From Vicugna vicugna (taxonomy: Eukaryota): a stretch of DNA of 64,000 nt. The notes under the pieces were generated by a model, which was given only the letters and a program-made list of their open reading frames with translations, was not told the origin of the DNA and did not search any database. The translations under genes and the position numbers were made by a program. The stretch is from assembly GCA_013265495.1 (NCBI GenBank), contig MU058037.1, forward strand, positions 1,179,498-1,243,497, read 5' to 3'. Shown here in pieces: positions 25,791 to 41,800 of the stretch; within the stretch, counting starts at the first letter, position 1, and each line of letters starts with the position of its first letter.

Positions 25791-27509
25791 GGAGCCATTA
25801 TCATCCCTATTGTACAGATGCACAGAGGGCCAAGGCCCTAGAGCCAAGATACAAATGAATCCAGTGGTCTGGGCCCACTTTTACATCCTGCATATCCCAT
25901 GAGTAAATTGTTTTTGCAGGAGTCGGCACTGCTTGTCCTAAATGTGATGAGTAAACTGTAACAACACTTAATACGTGTGAAGCACTACTGACTTTCTCTT
26001 TGGAAATTCAGGGTGGTTTCTCAAGCCAGTCTTGATATTACTAAAAGTAAGGAGTGGAGAGAATGCTTGGAACTCGTGACTTCCATGTCCAAGGAGCAAA
26101 TACAATTCAGTCTTGTGTTTTGGGCTCCCTAATTACTAAGAAAATATGTTCACCAAATGGCACCTTTCCTAAGTTTCCAGAACAATGTTCCTTCCAGGAA
26201 GCCACAGACTTCAGCACCTCACACCAATGTAGGGTGCCTGTGAAATTCATGGTATTATTTTACTCATGATGTACCTGTTAGTGCTTTTGGTTATTTCCTT
26301 CAAAGATTTTACTATCTCTTTGCTAATAAGAGGTCATCTGTTGCCTGCTTCCCTCAAAGTGCCATCCAGAGCTATAAGATTCAGTCTTCACATGTTTGTC
26401 AGAGTCAAGGTGGACCATTCGTGCTATGGCTGAATAAGACATTTTCCCCTTTCCTTCAACACCATGAATTCTAAACAGGGGGCATTACCACTCCTTGGAT
26501 TTTACGTTACATTCAGAAGTCAAATATGGTAGATTGAGTTACTGTTCTCAATTTTTCACTCCCTTGTCATTCATTTCATGGTCATGGCTTTGGGGTTGAC
26601 AGAGCAGACTTCCTTGCCTCTCAGCCTTGGCCTTGGCCATGCAATGTGCTTTGACCAATGGGACAGTGACAGATGTGGTACAGAGGTGGAAAAGTTGCCT
26701 GTATCATCGTGCTTGCCCTCCTGCACTTCCGTCTTTCACCAGAACATGTCTCAGGTAGGTACTGGTCCAAGGAGGAGGAGAGAGAGGTGGAATAGACTTG
26801 ACTCAACTCACAGCTGACAGCAGAGCCCAGGCTAGATCAGCTGAACCCTAGCCAACCCACAGATGGGTTAGAGAGAAATCCACACTTGCTGCTGTAAGCT
26901 GTTGAAATTTCAAGTTTGCTTGTTATGCAGTTATTGCAGTAATAGCTGACTAATACATAAGCCCTCCTCCATCTGCCATATGTTGAAGACCATCTGTATT
27001 AGTTTCCCAGGGCTAATGTAACAAAGTACTACAAACTGGGTGACCTAAACAATGCACTGTCTCACAGTTCTAGAGGCCAGATATCAGAAATTAAGGGCTT
27101 GGCAGGTTCAGTTCCTTCTGAGGGCAGTGGGGAGAACTGGTTCCATGCCTTTCTCCTTAGGCATTCCTTGGCTTGTAGAATGGTGTTCTCCCTGTGTCTT
27201 TACATCATACGTGTTTCTAGGTCCAAATTTCCCCTTTTTTATAAGGATACCAGTCATTTTGATAAGGGCCTACCCTAATGACCTCATCCTAATCATCTGC
27301 AAAGACCCTATTTCCAGATAAGGCCACATTTACAAGTACTGAAGGTTAGGACTTCAACATCTTTTGTGGGGGACACAATTCAACCCATAACACCATCCCA
27401 GATGTCTTTCTGGTGGGGGAGAAATAAGACTGGATGGGCCTGATGGCCTTTAGGTTAATGGAAAACCTAAGAGTTTATCTCTAGATAGTTGTAGAGCAGA
27501 GAAATAGAA

Positions 27510-27720
27510 CAGCTGACTCTGGAACAACATCTTTGAACTCCCTGGGTCCACTTACCAGCAGAATTTTTTCAGTGGTAAATACCACATTATCCACCAGGGT
27601 TAGCTGAATCCGAGGATGTGGAGCTGCAGATACCGAGGGCGGAGTGTAAAGTCATACTTGGATTTTCAACTGTGTGGGAGGTCGGCACCCCTAACCCCAG
27701 GGTTATTCAAGGGTCAACCA
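27510..27720. mobile_element. Tigger-derived MITE (MER8-like)
   Basis: Degenerate TIRs CAGCTGACTCTGGAACAAC / GTTATTCAAGGGTCAAC. Confidence 0.7.
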
Positions 27721-30700
27721 TATTAGGTGTTGCTGTCTTCTCATAAATGTTTAAAGCACTTGCAGTAAATCACCTTCATCTCTACTCCTCCCTTAAATGA
27801 CACATGTGTACTTTCTTCATAGCCTTTATCTTAGTACATCTACACTGACTCGCCTTCATGCTTCTATTTCCAGCAGCCCTCACAGTGTCCTGTTGCTCTG
27901 GGCCGGTGTTTTCTGCTTATTTTTCTTTGCTGCATAAGAGGCCACCCACGTGTTCTTTGCTCTACACATTGCCCTGAATATCCAACACTGTCTTCTAGGA
28001 CCCTCTAAGCAGAGCCTGCGGCAAAAGTGACCAAGATATGCTACTGAGAGCTGTTCTAATACAACGTCAGGACTGAATCATGTGACCTCTAATCCTTCCT
28101 CCTTATTTTTCTTTGTATTTTGAATAAACTTGCAAAAGACCCAAGCACGAATTAAAATTTGTTCTGGTTCTACTCTCTGCAAAAATAAACAAACTTACCT
28201 AAACCCATAAAATCAAAGCACAATCCAGGCTTCAGGAAGTTGAATGTTTAGTTGAATAAAAAGCAGAATCCTTTATCCTTATGTTCAGAACCTCCTAGCT
28301 GTCAGGGCAATGTCTGCACATTGAACCGGGTAAACATCCTTTCAGAATTATGAGGACAACTTACTGTCTGCACTGTCTGCACAGGGTCTCCACTAACTGG
28401 CCTCCATCCACCGCCAGTCTTGTAATTTTTCAAATGCTGGGGGTATAAATGCCCTTTGGGGAGCACTGTGAGGTTAAAATCGAGCCCTAGATGGTTTATC
28501 TAATTGCCTTTGTAACAAAATACATGAGAACAACCCTAACCCTCGGAAGTCAAACAGGAACTCACTGTAGCAATTACTGTGGCAACACCTATTGCTTTCA
28601 GGCCGCCTCTAACAATGCTGATATTTAAAAACATTTCAGTTCCCAGTGGTTCATGCAATGGCTTTCTGTGGTTTTTTCCTACAAAGCCACCTACCTGACC
28701 TTCCTCTTACCAGCCTTCTAGCCCAGAGACATTCACAGTGTGGTCCGCAGACCGGCAGCATCCGCTGATTAGACTGTGAGAAATGCAGACTCCAGACCCT
28801 GCCCCAGACTTCCTGAATCAGACTGTATTTTAAGGAGACCCTCTGGTACTCCTTATACGCACTCAAGTTTGAGAAGCACTGCCCTAGTTTTTCTATTCCT
28901 ATTTCTAAATAGCAGGACAACTACTGTTCCAGATGAATCTTTTAAGTCTTCAGCAAGTTTTCTCCTAAAACTAATTGAATAGCTTTTTAACGTGACCCTG
29001 TTTTCAAATTTAACATGTTACAAAACAGGGCTTTTTGCCATAAGTAAAAAGAAGGCTTCAGACCAACTCTCACTCTGCATTCTCCTCTTCTGCCATATAC
29101 ATGGGGAAAGAAAAACAGAAAACCCTTCAGCCCTGCAGTGTCTTAGCAGCTCAGGAACATTTAACAGCAAAGAAACAGTGGGGGGTCTTTGGAGCAAGAT
29201 CTTTGCCAGGGGGCCTTTTGTCTCTAAGCCAGTGGGACCCGCAAGAACTCGAGTGCAGACAGGGAGCCAATAGCCACATTGTCCTCCATTCTCACCAGCA
29301 TCTCCATTTAGACGGACCACAGCAGACAACACGGCCGCTGGCACACCACTGCCCTTGGCCTTAGGGATCGCCGGTGGGAGACCTCACAGGTATGGTTTTT
29401 TCTTTGTGTGGCCATCAGAAAGCCCACAAGATATCATTTAGCCAAGAGAACTGCTGCTGCCTCAGGAGCATCACACTTATTGTGTCCTAAGCTAGATCTT
29501 AAAAGCAGCATGTGCTCATGCGGGCACTTCCCTGGCCCCTTGAGCCTCATTACTCTTAGGTTTCTGATCCTATGTCCACAAATCTTGCTCTCACGTCCCA
29601 CAGGCAGACGCGAGCCCAATTGTGCCATGAGAATTCCTCCCATATTTTTTCTTACTGTTTAACGTTTTACTTGGAAATAGTTCCAAGCATAGAGAAAAGC
29701 TGCAATAAGAACTTGCTAATATTGATACAGTACTTTATCAAAACTACCATGCATATAGCAATTTGTTTTTCTATGCAATAATGCCCTTTAAAGGATCTGT
29801 CCTCCAATATGGGAGCCAGTGTGGGGTCAGATACTGCATTTAGTTGCCTTGTCTCTTTAGCCTCCTTTAATCTGGAAACCTCTTCACAGCCTTTTCTTTT
29901 TTGACACTAGTACTTTTAAAGAATACAGACCTTTTAAAAATAGTATGTTTCTCATTTTGGGTCTAATGTTCCCTCATGCTCATTCAGGTAACAGCCTCAG
30001 CCTAGCACTGCACAGGTGGCTACGGACCCTAGTTGATTTTCATCACTTGGTCAAGGTGTTGTTCCATTTCTCCACAGAAGCAACACGTGGTAAGCTGAAT
30101 AATGACCCCTACAGATGCTGACATCCTAATCCAAGAAATTTATGTTACCTTATGTTGCAAAAGGGACTTTGCCTTGACAGGGATGCAGAGAGAGTCAGAA
30201 AGAGCAGGTAACGTGACAAGAGAAAGAGATCTGAAGGCGCTATGCTGCCGACTGTGAGACTGAAGGGCCCAGACGCCAAAGAATGCCTCTAGAAACTAGA
30301 AAAGGCAAGAAACAGATTCTCCCCTAGAGCCTCCAGAAGGAACCAGCCCTGCCAACACCCTGACCTGAGCCCTGGAAGACTTATTTCAGACTTGTGGCCT
30401 GGTAAATTTGTGTTTTTTTCAAGAACTAAGTTTTTGCTAATTTGTTCAAGTGGAAACAGGAATCTGCTATATAACTCATAAGCAATGTGTTGGTGACACT
30501 TGAAAAACCACACAAATATGCTCCTTGACAATTTACCCCAAGATTTTATTTACATTAGTGGATGACTCTTGCCTGATTCAGTCTCCACTGTGATTACAAA
30601 ATGCTAGTTTTTCAGCTGCCTCCCCTACTGGTTGGCACTGAGCTTTCTATAGTAAGGGTCTCACCTATTTGTATATTCGTGTCCTCCACTTACTTATGTA

Positions 30701-31000
30701 TTTATTTTCCATACAATCTCATGACTTCCAATTTTTTTGATGGTTTACAATTTATTATGCTTTTCCTTCAGGGCACAAACCCTTCTGGATTAACCCAGTG
30801 GGAACCAAGGGCTGGCTCAAACTAAGCACAAGCGGACAGGATCAGTGTCGTGGCCTTGCCGCCTGGCCTCCAGGAACTGGCACCGTAACCCAAGCCACAG
30901 CCCCCCGTAGGCTGATCCAGACCAAAGTGGAGGCCGGTGTAAGGATTCCAGCCAGTGGGTAGGACGTCACCAAGGGCAGAGACGTTCAAGAATGACAGTT

Positions 31001-31083
31001 ATCCCCCATGCCTCCATTAAAAAAATAAGTAAATAAACCTAATTACCTCCCTCCCCCCACCAAAAAAACCCAACAACAAAAAA
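31001..31083 (+). mobile_element. 5'-truncated Vic-1-like SINE
   Basis: Only ATCCCC..CCTCCA and the AAATAAACCTAATTACCTCCC tail remain; flanked by aatgaca(ta)gtt repeats. Confidence 0.7.
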
Positions 31084-31419
31084 TGACATAGTTGACGGTG
31101 GGGCACAAACAAACATGAAGAAGACTCACAGCAATGGCTGACACCCAAATGGCCGCAGATCCCACACACCATTTCGGTTTTCCGGGCACACCTTCCTGAG
31201 TTTCTGCTCCTCTTCAGCCTTTGGGGGTACCCAGAAAGAGCCCGTAAGACAAGGCCCTGGTGAAAGGACCCCCTTCACCAGCACAGCACTCTCACCTGCG
31301 CAGGACAGGGCAGGGCAGGTGGACTCGCTCCCTCGATGCCTGAAGCCCCAGCAGCTTCTCCCTTTAGCATCTCATCGTTGGCTGCTTTTCTTCTTTTGTG
31401 ATGTAAAAAAATGCTTTTT

Positions 31420-31544
31420 AATTTTTGGGGGGAGGGTGATAATTAGGTTTTTATTTATTTTTTTTTTAACAGAGGCACTGAGGACTGAACCGAGGCCTCA
31501 TGCCCACTAAGCAGGTCCTCTGCCACTGAGCTCTGCCCTCCCCC
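31420..31544 (-). mobile_element. Diverged Vic-1-like SINE
   Basis: Reverse complement shows GGGGGAGGGCAGAGCTCAGTGGCAGAG...CTTAGT...GGTTCAGTCC and the AAACCTAATTA tail. Confidence 0.8.
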
Positions 31545-34500
31545 ACTGCTTTTCTTCTTGAACATTCCCAACCCTGCGTCATTTCCTCACACTGGCCTGT
31601 TTCTTCTAGGTTCCACCTGGCAAATTCAAAGAGTTCCCTTTTACTACAGAAAGAGTGCACTTTAACTACGTGCACAGAGCACCAGACCAGCCTGAGCAAG
31701 AGATACCGAGTGACGGCCCTTGGAGCTTCCATTCCAGCCTCAGTCAACTGAACTTGGGCTGAAGGGCTGGCTTCCCTGCCCCCATACTTCCATAAAAGGC
31801 CTCCAGCTCTCACGTGGCAGAGCCAGAAACCACACTCACATGGCCTCTCCCAGCAGGACACACTATCTCTTCAGACATGAAACATTTAACCATCTATGGC
31901 CAATAAGATAAGGGATAAAGACTAATAAGACTAAGAAGAAAAAAAACAGAAACACTGAGTGTGAAGGGACCACGGGATGAACACACAGGATCTGAAGCTC
32001 CCTAAGCCCTAGGAGGAAGGACAGATGGGTAATTTTACGTATCGTATTCAACTTAGACAACTGGAAGCAGGCAAGGCAGGGTTGTCTGAAAGTAGAGGAC
32101 ACAGCATGGAGTCTAAGGAGCATATCTGTCCCTTTGCAATGAACTTAGAGCTGTCAGAATCACTTACTGAGAACCTGAGTTACCAGCATCATCATCTACC
32201 ACTAAGTGAAGACTATTTCAGAACTAGGACAAGAAAAAAGGATTTTCCAATAGGCGGAACCAGGAATGATCTCTACCAAGTTAACTCCAGTAACACAACC
32301 CACATCTACAGAAAACAGTGCCTCGCCGTGTGCAGTCCTGGCCTTTCATCTCTAGGCAACGAGGGGTGGGGGGCAATACCCCCAGTCCTCCCTCTGGATC
32401 TTGGAGGGCTTCTGTCAAAACTGACCTGGCTTGTTTAGCTTGCTTCACCCAGGAGAGCTCCTGACTCTTTTATTCTATTACCATGCATTGTTGCACAGAG
32501 AGGGCCTTGTTCCCTAAAACTTCACCTTACAGGAAGCATTCACTGAAATGACCACCATGTGATTGGTTGCCACCCACAGATGAGGTCTTTATTAATTAGC
32601 TGGCCAGGGCATCGCTGGGACCCCCAAATACAGGGATACGCATACCTGTCCAGCCACATTTATCATCTGATTTCCCAGGGAAATCACATCTGAGAGTATT
32701 CAAATAGCTTTCCAAAAGTACTGGGCTATTTCTCACCCATGTTCTATTTCTCATTTTTGAAATAACAAGTAAAGCCTGAAATCAGTGGAATGACTGAGCT
32801 AGGTAATTGAGATTTTAAATGGTTCTGGCCGAGTAGAACTGATCTGCCAGTAATGCTTTGAGATTGTGACAGCAGAGTGAAGGGACCCAGCCTCCCTTCC
32901 CCACCATCTAAATACAATGAAACGATGGAAGCAAAAACTGTAGGTCAGGGGTCCTTAACCTGACATCTATGGACAGAATTCTTTGTGGCCCTAAACTTGG
33001 ATAGGAAAAACCTATGTAGCTTTATTTTCACTAGCCTCTAACTGAAATCCAGCATTTCCTTTAAGCATGAGTGTAGGTGACAAACCATGTTAGCACTGGC
33101 AGTACCTATGACTTTGTTAACGAGAAGTCACATGCATTCTTGCCATATTTCAGTTGCTACAGATCTTGTTTATACTCATTATGCTTCAGAATTGTATTTG
33201 ACCCACAACTAGATCCAGTTGTATAGCAAGTTATTAAAGCACAAATATTAAACCTGAAGTCTTTGAAAAACAATGTAACTTGTTATGTAAAGCAGATATG
33301 ATTATAAGGTATTTAAAAACATGTTTCTGAGGAGGGGCTCACAGGTTTCACCAGGCGGCCAAAGGAGTCCATGGTACTAAAAAGGTTAAGGACCCGGATG
33401 GGGGCTTTCTTACAGCAAATTCAGATTGTTATTAGCCACGAGATCCCTGGGCACATTTCAGATTTTGACGGCTGGCCTACTCAGTGATGTTAACCTTCAA
33501 TTCACAAAGATATTTTAAGACTAAGCAAGAGAATGTAAAGGCAAGTTGTGTATTAACCCAAAGCACAGTGATGTAAAAGATGACGTGGTATAAAGGCACG
33601 CAGCAACAGGGTGAAATAGAAGGAGGTTAAGTGTTTCTTTAAGGCCTCATAGCAGCTCATGTCAAATAACGCTGCCCAACCAGCCTGGAGAACAGTGCTA
33701 CTCACATGGTGCTGTTCCAAGACAGGTAAGGAGTGTGTGCTGCAGTGTAGACCAACATACTGCTTCCTTCACTGAGGGAGTCTTGCTGGGGATGAAAAGC
33801 TTCAGCCAAAGCAAACAGAACAAAGTGCTTAGAAAATAAAGAGCTGGTTGAAGGACTTTGAGTAGCACTGCTCTAGAGTCTTGGGCACAGGCCAAGGATA
33901 CATCACATCACGCCCCACACACACACTTCCTTCGCCCTATCCCAGGAGTCATGGGAAAAGAATGAAATTGATCAATTGAGACGAACACACACTCTGACAT
34001 AAGCAACAGTTAAGCAAGGACTATTCAACTGCACAGGAAGTAGCAGCATTTTAATTTTGCCCAGCAGAAACAGCGTGAGCCCAGCCTCCTCCAGCCCAGG
34101 CAGATCACCATCAATCAAGGTTTTTAAATATTCAATCACATTTTCAGGAGAAAGCAGCATTTCTTTTTTTTTTTAAATAAATGAATACTTGATACCTGCT
34201 GATGTGAATAGAATTTAAACTACAGCCACATTTGTCTTGTCTTTAATTAAAAAGCAGCTATATACTACAGTATATTCTATTTTAGATTATAAAGGAGACT
34301 ACAACACTAAATAACACTACAGCCATTAAAGTAATATAACTGCTTAGATCTTATAACATTTCCTTAAAATGCAGCAAAAGTTGAGGTTGGTTTTAGTTAT
34401 CAAGGGTTCAATTTGCATGCTTTTCTTTTAAAACAATTACAAAGATGTTTAAAACAATCAGACACCCTTTCTCCAATACAAAGAAATGAACTGGGTCAGA

Positions 34501-35729
34501 ATTCACCATTATCACTCAAAGTCAAAAATGTGTTTCTTTCCCTTCTTCCTCACATACTACATACCTTATTGTCTCCTGGAGATGTCTTCCACCGCCTGGC
34601 CCAATCTGATACATTTCATTTCTAACCCTCAGCTTTTGGCAGGACCTGTGTGTCACCAAATTCACCAGCAGATTTAGCCTCAGACTCAAGCTAGCCTTCA
34701 AATATAAAGTTATGCCACATATTAACAACAACATATCCAGATGGCAGATATACTTGGCTTATTTCTAAAATGGAAAAAAAAATTCTATTTACCTAAAACT
34801 GTGTTCTAACATTACAATAGTACCATCATTTTTAATCTTACACAGTATAGAGACTTTAAAAAGCATTCTAGAGGAGTCTGAGGGGGTGAGTAGGACTTCC
34901 AATGCCATTTTTAACACCTCTATGTGCAAGAAAAATATTTGCTGAAAGCCAATCTAGTTCCGACATGACTCTCCTTTTATTAGTTATTATTTCTTCTCCC
35001 GTGCCAAACCAATAAAAAAGAAAAAGCAGGCATATATTTATTTTTTAAAGAATGTTACACACCATGAACCTCTCTCAGGAGGAAGTGCTCCAGGCTGACA
35101 CTAATTTTATCTCAAAACAGACATTGGCTATTTCATTTTTCATGTTTTGCTCACTGCAAATTCACCATAAATGAAATCATTCCATTGATAAAGCATAAAC
35201 CTTTCATAAAACAACAGCATAACCCAGTGATTTCTAACAATCCAAGTCAATATAACCTCACCTTTGATGTGGACTGTGCACCCAGAAACACACCACCAAG
35301 CTGTTACATGCGCCTCCTTAGTTGAGTTTAAGTTGCTCTTGTGGTTGTGGGCCTCTCCACAAATGAACATCTATCATCCAAAAAACTTCTCAAAAAAATC
35401 TCACAGCAGCAACTCAAAGCAATCTTTATCTTTACATCTAATATGCCGCTAAGAGTGGGAAGAGAAATAAGCTTTTGATTTTCAAGTTTACAGTAAGGCC
35501 AAATCCTTTCCTATCCTCAGGTCCATTCTATAATGAAGAGCTGGTAGATGCAATAGGTTGTTTACCATTTACCACAGTGCTAAATGAAGTCATTACTATG
35601 GTTCAAAAAAGGCCCAAAGGCCATCCTATTATAAAGAGATAAATAGCACCCAGTGATAGAACTAAAAAAAGACCAGGAGACACTTTTATTTTGTGAGATC
35701 AGAAGTGAGAAAGAGGGGACCTGGCCGAA

Positions 35730-35771
35730 ATAAAACAACAGACACACAAAATTTCTCATTTTAATTTTAAT
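35730..35771 (-). terminator. SMS: Probable SMS polyadenylation site; 3'UTR spans about 36224 to 35750
   Basis: Tandem ATTAAA hexamers (35771-35766 and 35765-35760) followed by the GU-rich element TTTTGTGTGTCTGTTGTTTT; an AATAAA also occurs at 35690-35685. Confidence 0.7.
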
Positions 35772-36224
35772 CGAAGCATTGCTATTCATTTTTTTTAGTC
35801 TTTTTTTAAAAGAACCAAATTTTAATATCTGTATCAATTTGGGGGGGGGGGGGGAAGAAATTCCATCAAGAACTTCCCTCCAGAAGAAAACAATGTTTAT
35901 CCCTCCAAACAACCCAATTCAAAGTCTACCAAAACAAAAAAAGCCCACAAAGAAAAAAAATAACAAAAATCACATTCTAGGGGTTCAGTGCATTTAGCAG
36001 CCTTCACTGTGCTGTCTAATCATCCTTCAGCTGACTTTCAAAAAAATAACACCCTAGTTCATCAAAATATACATTTTCTATTTGATTTTTAAATTAAAAA
36101 AATAATTAAAAAAAGAAACTTGAAGGAATTCACAATCAATTGCCTGACTCGTTTCGATGTCACATACAGCACATGAAGGTCAGGAAGGCTATTTGCAGCA
36201 CACATGATTAGGGGAAATTGATTT

Positions 36225-36264
36225 TCAAGGTTTAGCTTTCTTCCAAACAGTGTAAAATACCCAC
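36225..36264 (-). CDS. SMS: Spermine synthase last coding exon (exon 11)
   Basis: 40 nt encoding WVFYTVWKKAKP then TGA at 36227-36225; exons 2-11 total 1049 nt in a continuous frame. Confidence 0.97.
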
Positions 36265-37824
<1,560 letters not shown>

Positions 37825-38514
37825 CTAAATCAAAGAGAGAGAAGCAAACAATAGGATTCCTAAGTCCTTCTGAGGGTCCCACTCATTTTAAGGTCTCCAA
37901 TAAATGAGAACAATTATAGCTTTAGGTAAGAGTTCATCTCTGAAAATGAGATAAGGCTTTAGTGCTTTCACAAACTGCACGGAGTTCTATTTATAGACCC
38001 ATCCGCTCATTATCTTTCTACCTCATTTACCGAGCCATTTTCAAAGTATTAGAGTCTGAAGCAATAGAAAGCAGTGAGACCAATTTCTCATTAGTGACAC
38101 AGTCATTATATCAACACCATGCAATTAGCAAAGATCCAGACACATAATCCATTCAAAATAAGTTTTCCCGATAGTCGCCACTGTGTTGAGAGTGAAGTAT
38201 CAAAAAGATAATGTTCTGGATTTCCAGAATGGCTTAAACTATGACCCTCCTAAGAGTCTAAGACATTGACACAGAACTATATTCATACCCCCTGTGCCTT
38301 CCCCTAAACCTGAGATTTATTTTAAGGTATAAGAGAACAAAAGTCTGTTCAGGATATATACACTAAGGATATTCCCCAGTTCTAGTGTTTATCAAACATT
38401 TTCTCTTGACTTCATGGTTCTTTTTTCCCTTTCTTGTCAGTTTTTTTGTTTGTTTTTGCCTCCCCAGCAGCTAAGGGTGGTCAAAGAGACAGTGGAATTC
38501 TGCCAGGAAAGTTT

Positions 38515-38842
38515 TTCTTGTTGTTGTTGAAGTATACTTGATTTACAGTATTGTGTTAGTTTCAGGTGTACAGCAAAGTGATTCAATCATATACATATTT
38601 TTCAGATTATTTTCCATTATAGGTTATTATAAAAATTGAATATATTTCCCTGCACTGTACAGTAAATCTTTGTTGCTTATCTATTTTATGTATAGTTTGT
38701 CTCTGTTAATCCAATACTCCTAATTTATCCTTCCCCTTCTCTCTTCCCCTTTGGTAACCATAATTTTATGTCTATGAGTCTGCTTCTGTTTTGTATATAA
38801 ATTCATTTGTATTATATTTTAGGTTCCACATACGTGATATTT
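38515..38842 (-). mobile_element. L1 3'UTR remnant (artiodactyl-type)
   Basis: GTTGAAGTATACTTGATTTACAGTATTGTGTTAGTTTCAGGTGTACAGCAAAGTGATTCA signature on the + strand. Confidence 0.75.
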
Positions 38843-41800
38843 GGTTCAGGACAATCAAGTATAAACCCCCGCTCCTTCAACTTTCTTCCAGCCTATAACT
38901 TAGATGTGTTATTTGGAGCTGCAACAGCCACTGTGACCATAAAAAAATAAAAATAAAAAAAAAGATGAAGAGAATCAGATGCTGACCAAGACACAGTAGA
39001 GCTGCTGAACAAACACAGTATCTGCCTAGTTCTAGAGCAGTGATTCCCAATCTTTAATGTGCATATGAATCATAGCGGGGGCCTTGTTAAAATGCAGATT
39101 TTCATTCAGTAGGTCTGGGCTAGGGCTTATCATTTGAGCACAATTTTCCCCCAAGGGCTTCTCATAATGGATTTGGAAAACATGATGGGTATTTTAATAT
39201 TACCTATTTCCTTTTAACCTCTGAAGTTAACATTTGGAAGAATACTGAATATATGTGCTGATCCCATTCCTTCATAAGAACTTCACTATCAGTATGCCTC
39301 AAGATAACCAAGTACACTGTGTAAGATGAAAATTATTCACAAATAAAGTAGCCTGTGATGTAAGCATTCCTCAGGATGGCATTTCCAAACCAACCAGCCA
39401 GCCAGCCACGGGCAAGTGGGTAGACAGAACTATTCCGAGAGCTGGCCTTGGCGGTTTTAACTTAGCACATTCGCTCAGCATGTTGTCATCCTTCAGTGCC
39501 AGCCTGTTTAGTAACCCATCATCTAGGGTCCTGCAGTGGGATTTGGCCAAAGTGCCCTTCACCAGCATATAATTTGGTTTCAACATCAAGTTCACCACGA
39601 GAGTATATAAACACCACATGTGTAATTTAAGATTCACAAATAGAAAACACTGCCTGGTTGTTTTTAGAACACCTCACTCCTAGGGAAGGTATAGAATGGA
39701 AATGCCACCAAGGTTCACAGTTTAAGATTTTCCTTGCCATCTTAAAGTTGACACCACACTCTCTCTTTACAGAGGGTATATGGGAAGACTGCCTAATAAA
39801 GAATGTGGTAAGGAAATAGGTTAGTTTCAATTTGTTTTTCCCCAACACTGTCATAAAGCAGTTTAAAAAAGAAAAAGAAAAAACATAGATACCTACCCAA
39901 AAAAGTGACGTGATACATTTCACTGTCCTGGGTATTTAAATGAAACTACATTGTTCTTAAGGCACATGGGAGATGCAGAACAAAAATCTAATAGAAAATA
40001 ATTAATCTATTAAGGATGAGAGGAAGGGAATAATGTGGCAAGATACAGGCACCCCTAGTGGGTAAATCCCAATACAGTAGTTTCTGTCCTAGAAGGTTCT
40101 CCTTGCCCCAAGTTACCTGTGGGTGACATTTGCTTTTTTACTTTATAGATTTCAGTATTGTACCTTTTAAACACCTTGTGTGATTTCTGTAATGTTAAAG
40201 AAAACAAAAACAAAAAAAACAGCACAGCTCTGGAAGAATATATCCTTAGTAATACCATCTTTATCAAGTTCAAAAGCAAGCAAAATTAAATACTACGATG
40301 ACTTAGGAAACCACACATACGTGAAACATCTATGAAGAACAGCACAGAATAATAGAAAAAAAATAACACTAAAGATGAGTTACTCCCGAAGGTGGGCAAG
40401 AGATCGGGGGGGAAGTAGACATGTCAGGGGTACTGGTACTGTCCAGGTCTGCAGGGGGTGAGCGATTAGTATTTTTGTATCATAAGTTACATGAATGTCA
40501 CATGAATGTCGCATACATATTTTTGTACTTTCAAATAACTTAGTTTTTGGTTTTGTTTTTAATGGGGAGTAGGGTAAAAGGGGGAGGGAGGCCAAGCCAC
40601 AGAATCTGACTTGTCATCCCTAAAAGCAGTTCTTCCCCAGATTCAAATTGCCTTGGCCAACCTGCCAGAGGTGGCTGCACCCCCACACTCCAGGACACTT
40701 TTCCTAGTTTTGTGGCCCATTGACAAGGCTGTCTGCAGGTAGCCACAGTGACACCAGTGACACCAGGAACTCACCACTGTAATGCAAGCAATTTTAGGCA
40801 GGAACATTTAGCTTTTGTCTGTCACCAAGTAAGAGGCCCAACATTTTCATCCCATCTTTAACCTTATTCCATTCTTAAGCTACAGGCTCAGGGAAGAGGG
40901 TGGTTGTGAATCCAGGCCATCTCCTGAGCATACCATGTGGCAGCATAAGAAAACATTACACTGTGGCAATGACATCAGTACATCCCAAGTCAAACCACAC
41001 TGCGCTCCTGACTTGACTACTGCTTCTTCAAAGGCTTATGACCCCAGTCTGCGTGACACATTCAACAACCCAAGGTCTAGTGGGATTCCTGGGTATCATA
41101 AAATAGGATCGCCTTGAGTTTCCAAGTGTTATGAACAGAGGGACATAAAACAAGTCCTAATACATGTTTCGGACAATTCTTAGAAACCAGCACAGCCCTG
41201 AGTATTTAATGGCATTTTTGGTAAAAGTTGGTTGGCAAGGGGAAGTTATCAAAACCTCGATCATTATAATTACAAATGGGCAGTGGTCAATTGTCAAGCA
41301 AGCATTTCCATGACTAGTCCATACTGAGAAAGCCAATCCCCCAAAAAAGCAGTCTACCAGGCAAATAGTCACAACAAAAGACAATAGTCACGCTTTCTTC
41401 CTCATTACACCTGTTGTCTTCTACAAACTGACCGGTCTGCAGTAGATCCCAACTTCTTCAGCCTTTTTGGATTAAAGACCCCAGAGCCTCATTCTCCCTC
41501 CAGTTAAGTTCCTTGAGATGTCTTTCTATTGGCAGGAACATAAAAAGAACTAAATTCTATCAATATATGCTCTGATTGAGAAATATCCACTCATGGAAAA
41601 CACAATTCAATGAATTTGGGTTGCTTTTACAAGAATAAGACGACTTTGAACAGGTTTCACTGTAGATTTCCTGTAAAGCAGGGGTCAGCAAACTTCTGTC
41701 AAGAACCAGACAGAAAACATGTTAGGCTTTGCAGGTCCTATTGTTCATCACGGGTATTCCAAGCTGCTGCTGGAGCGCGAACGCAGCCAGAGCTGCTGTG

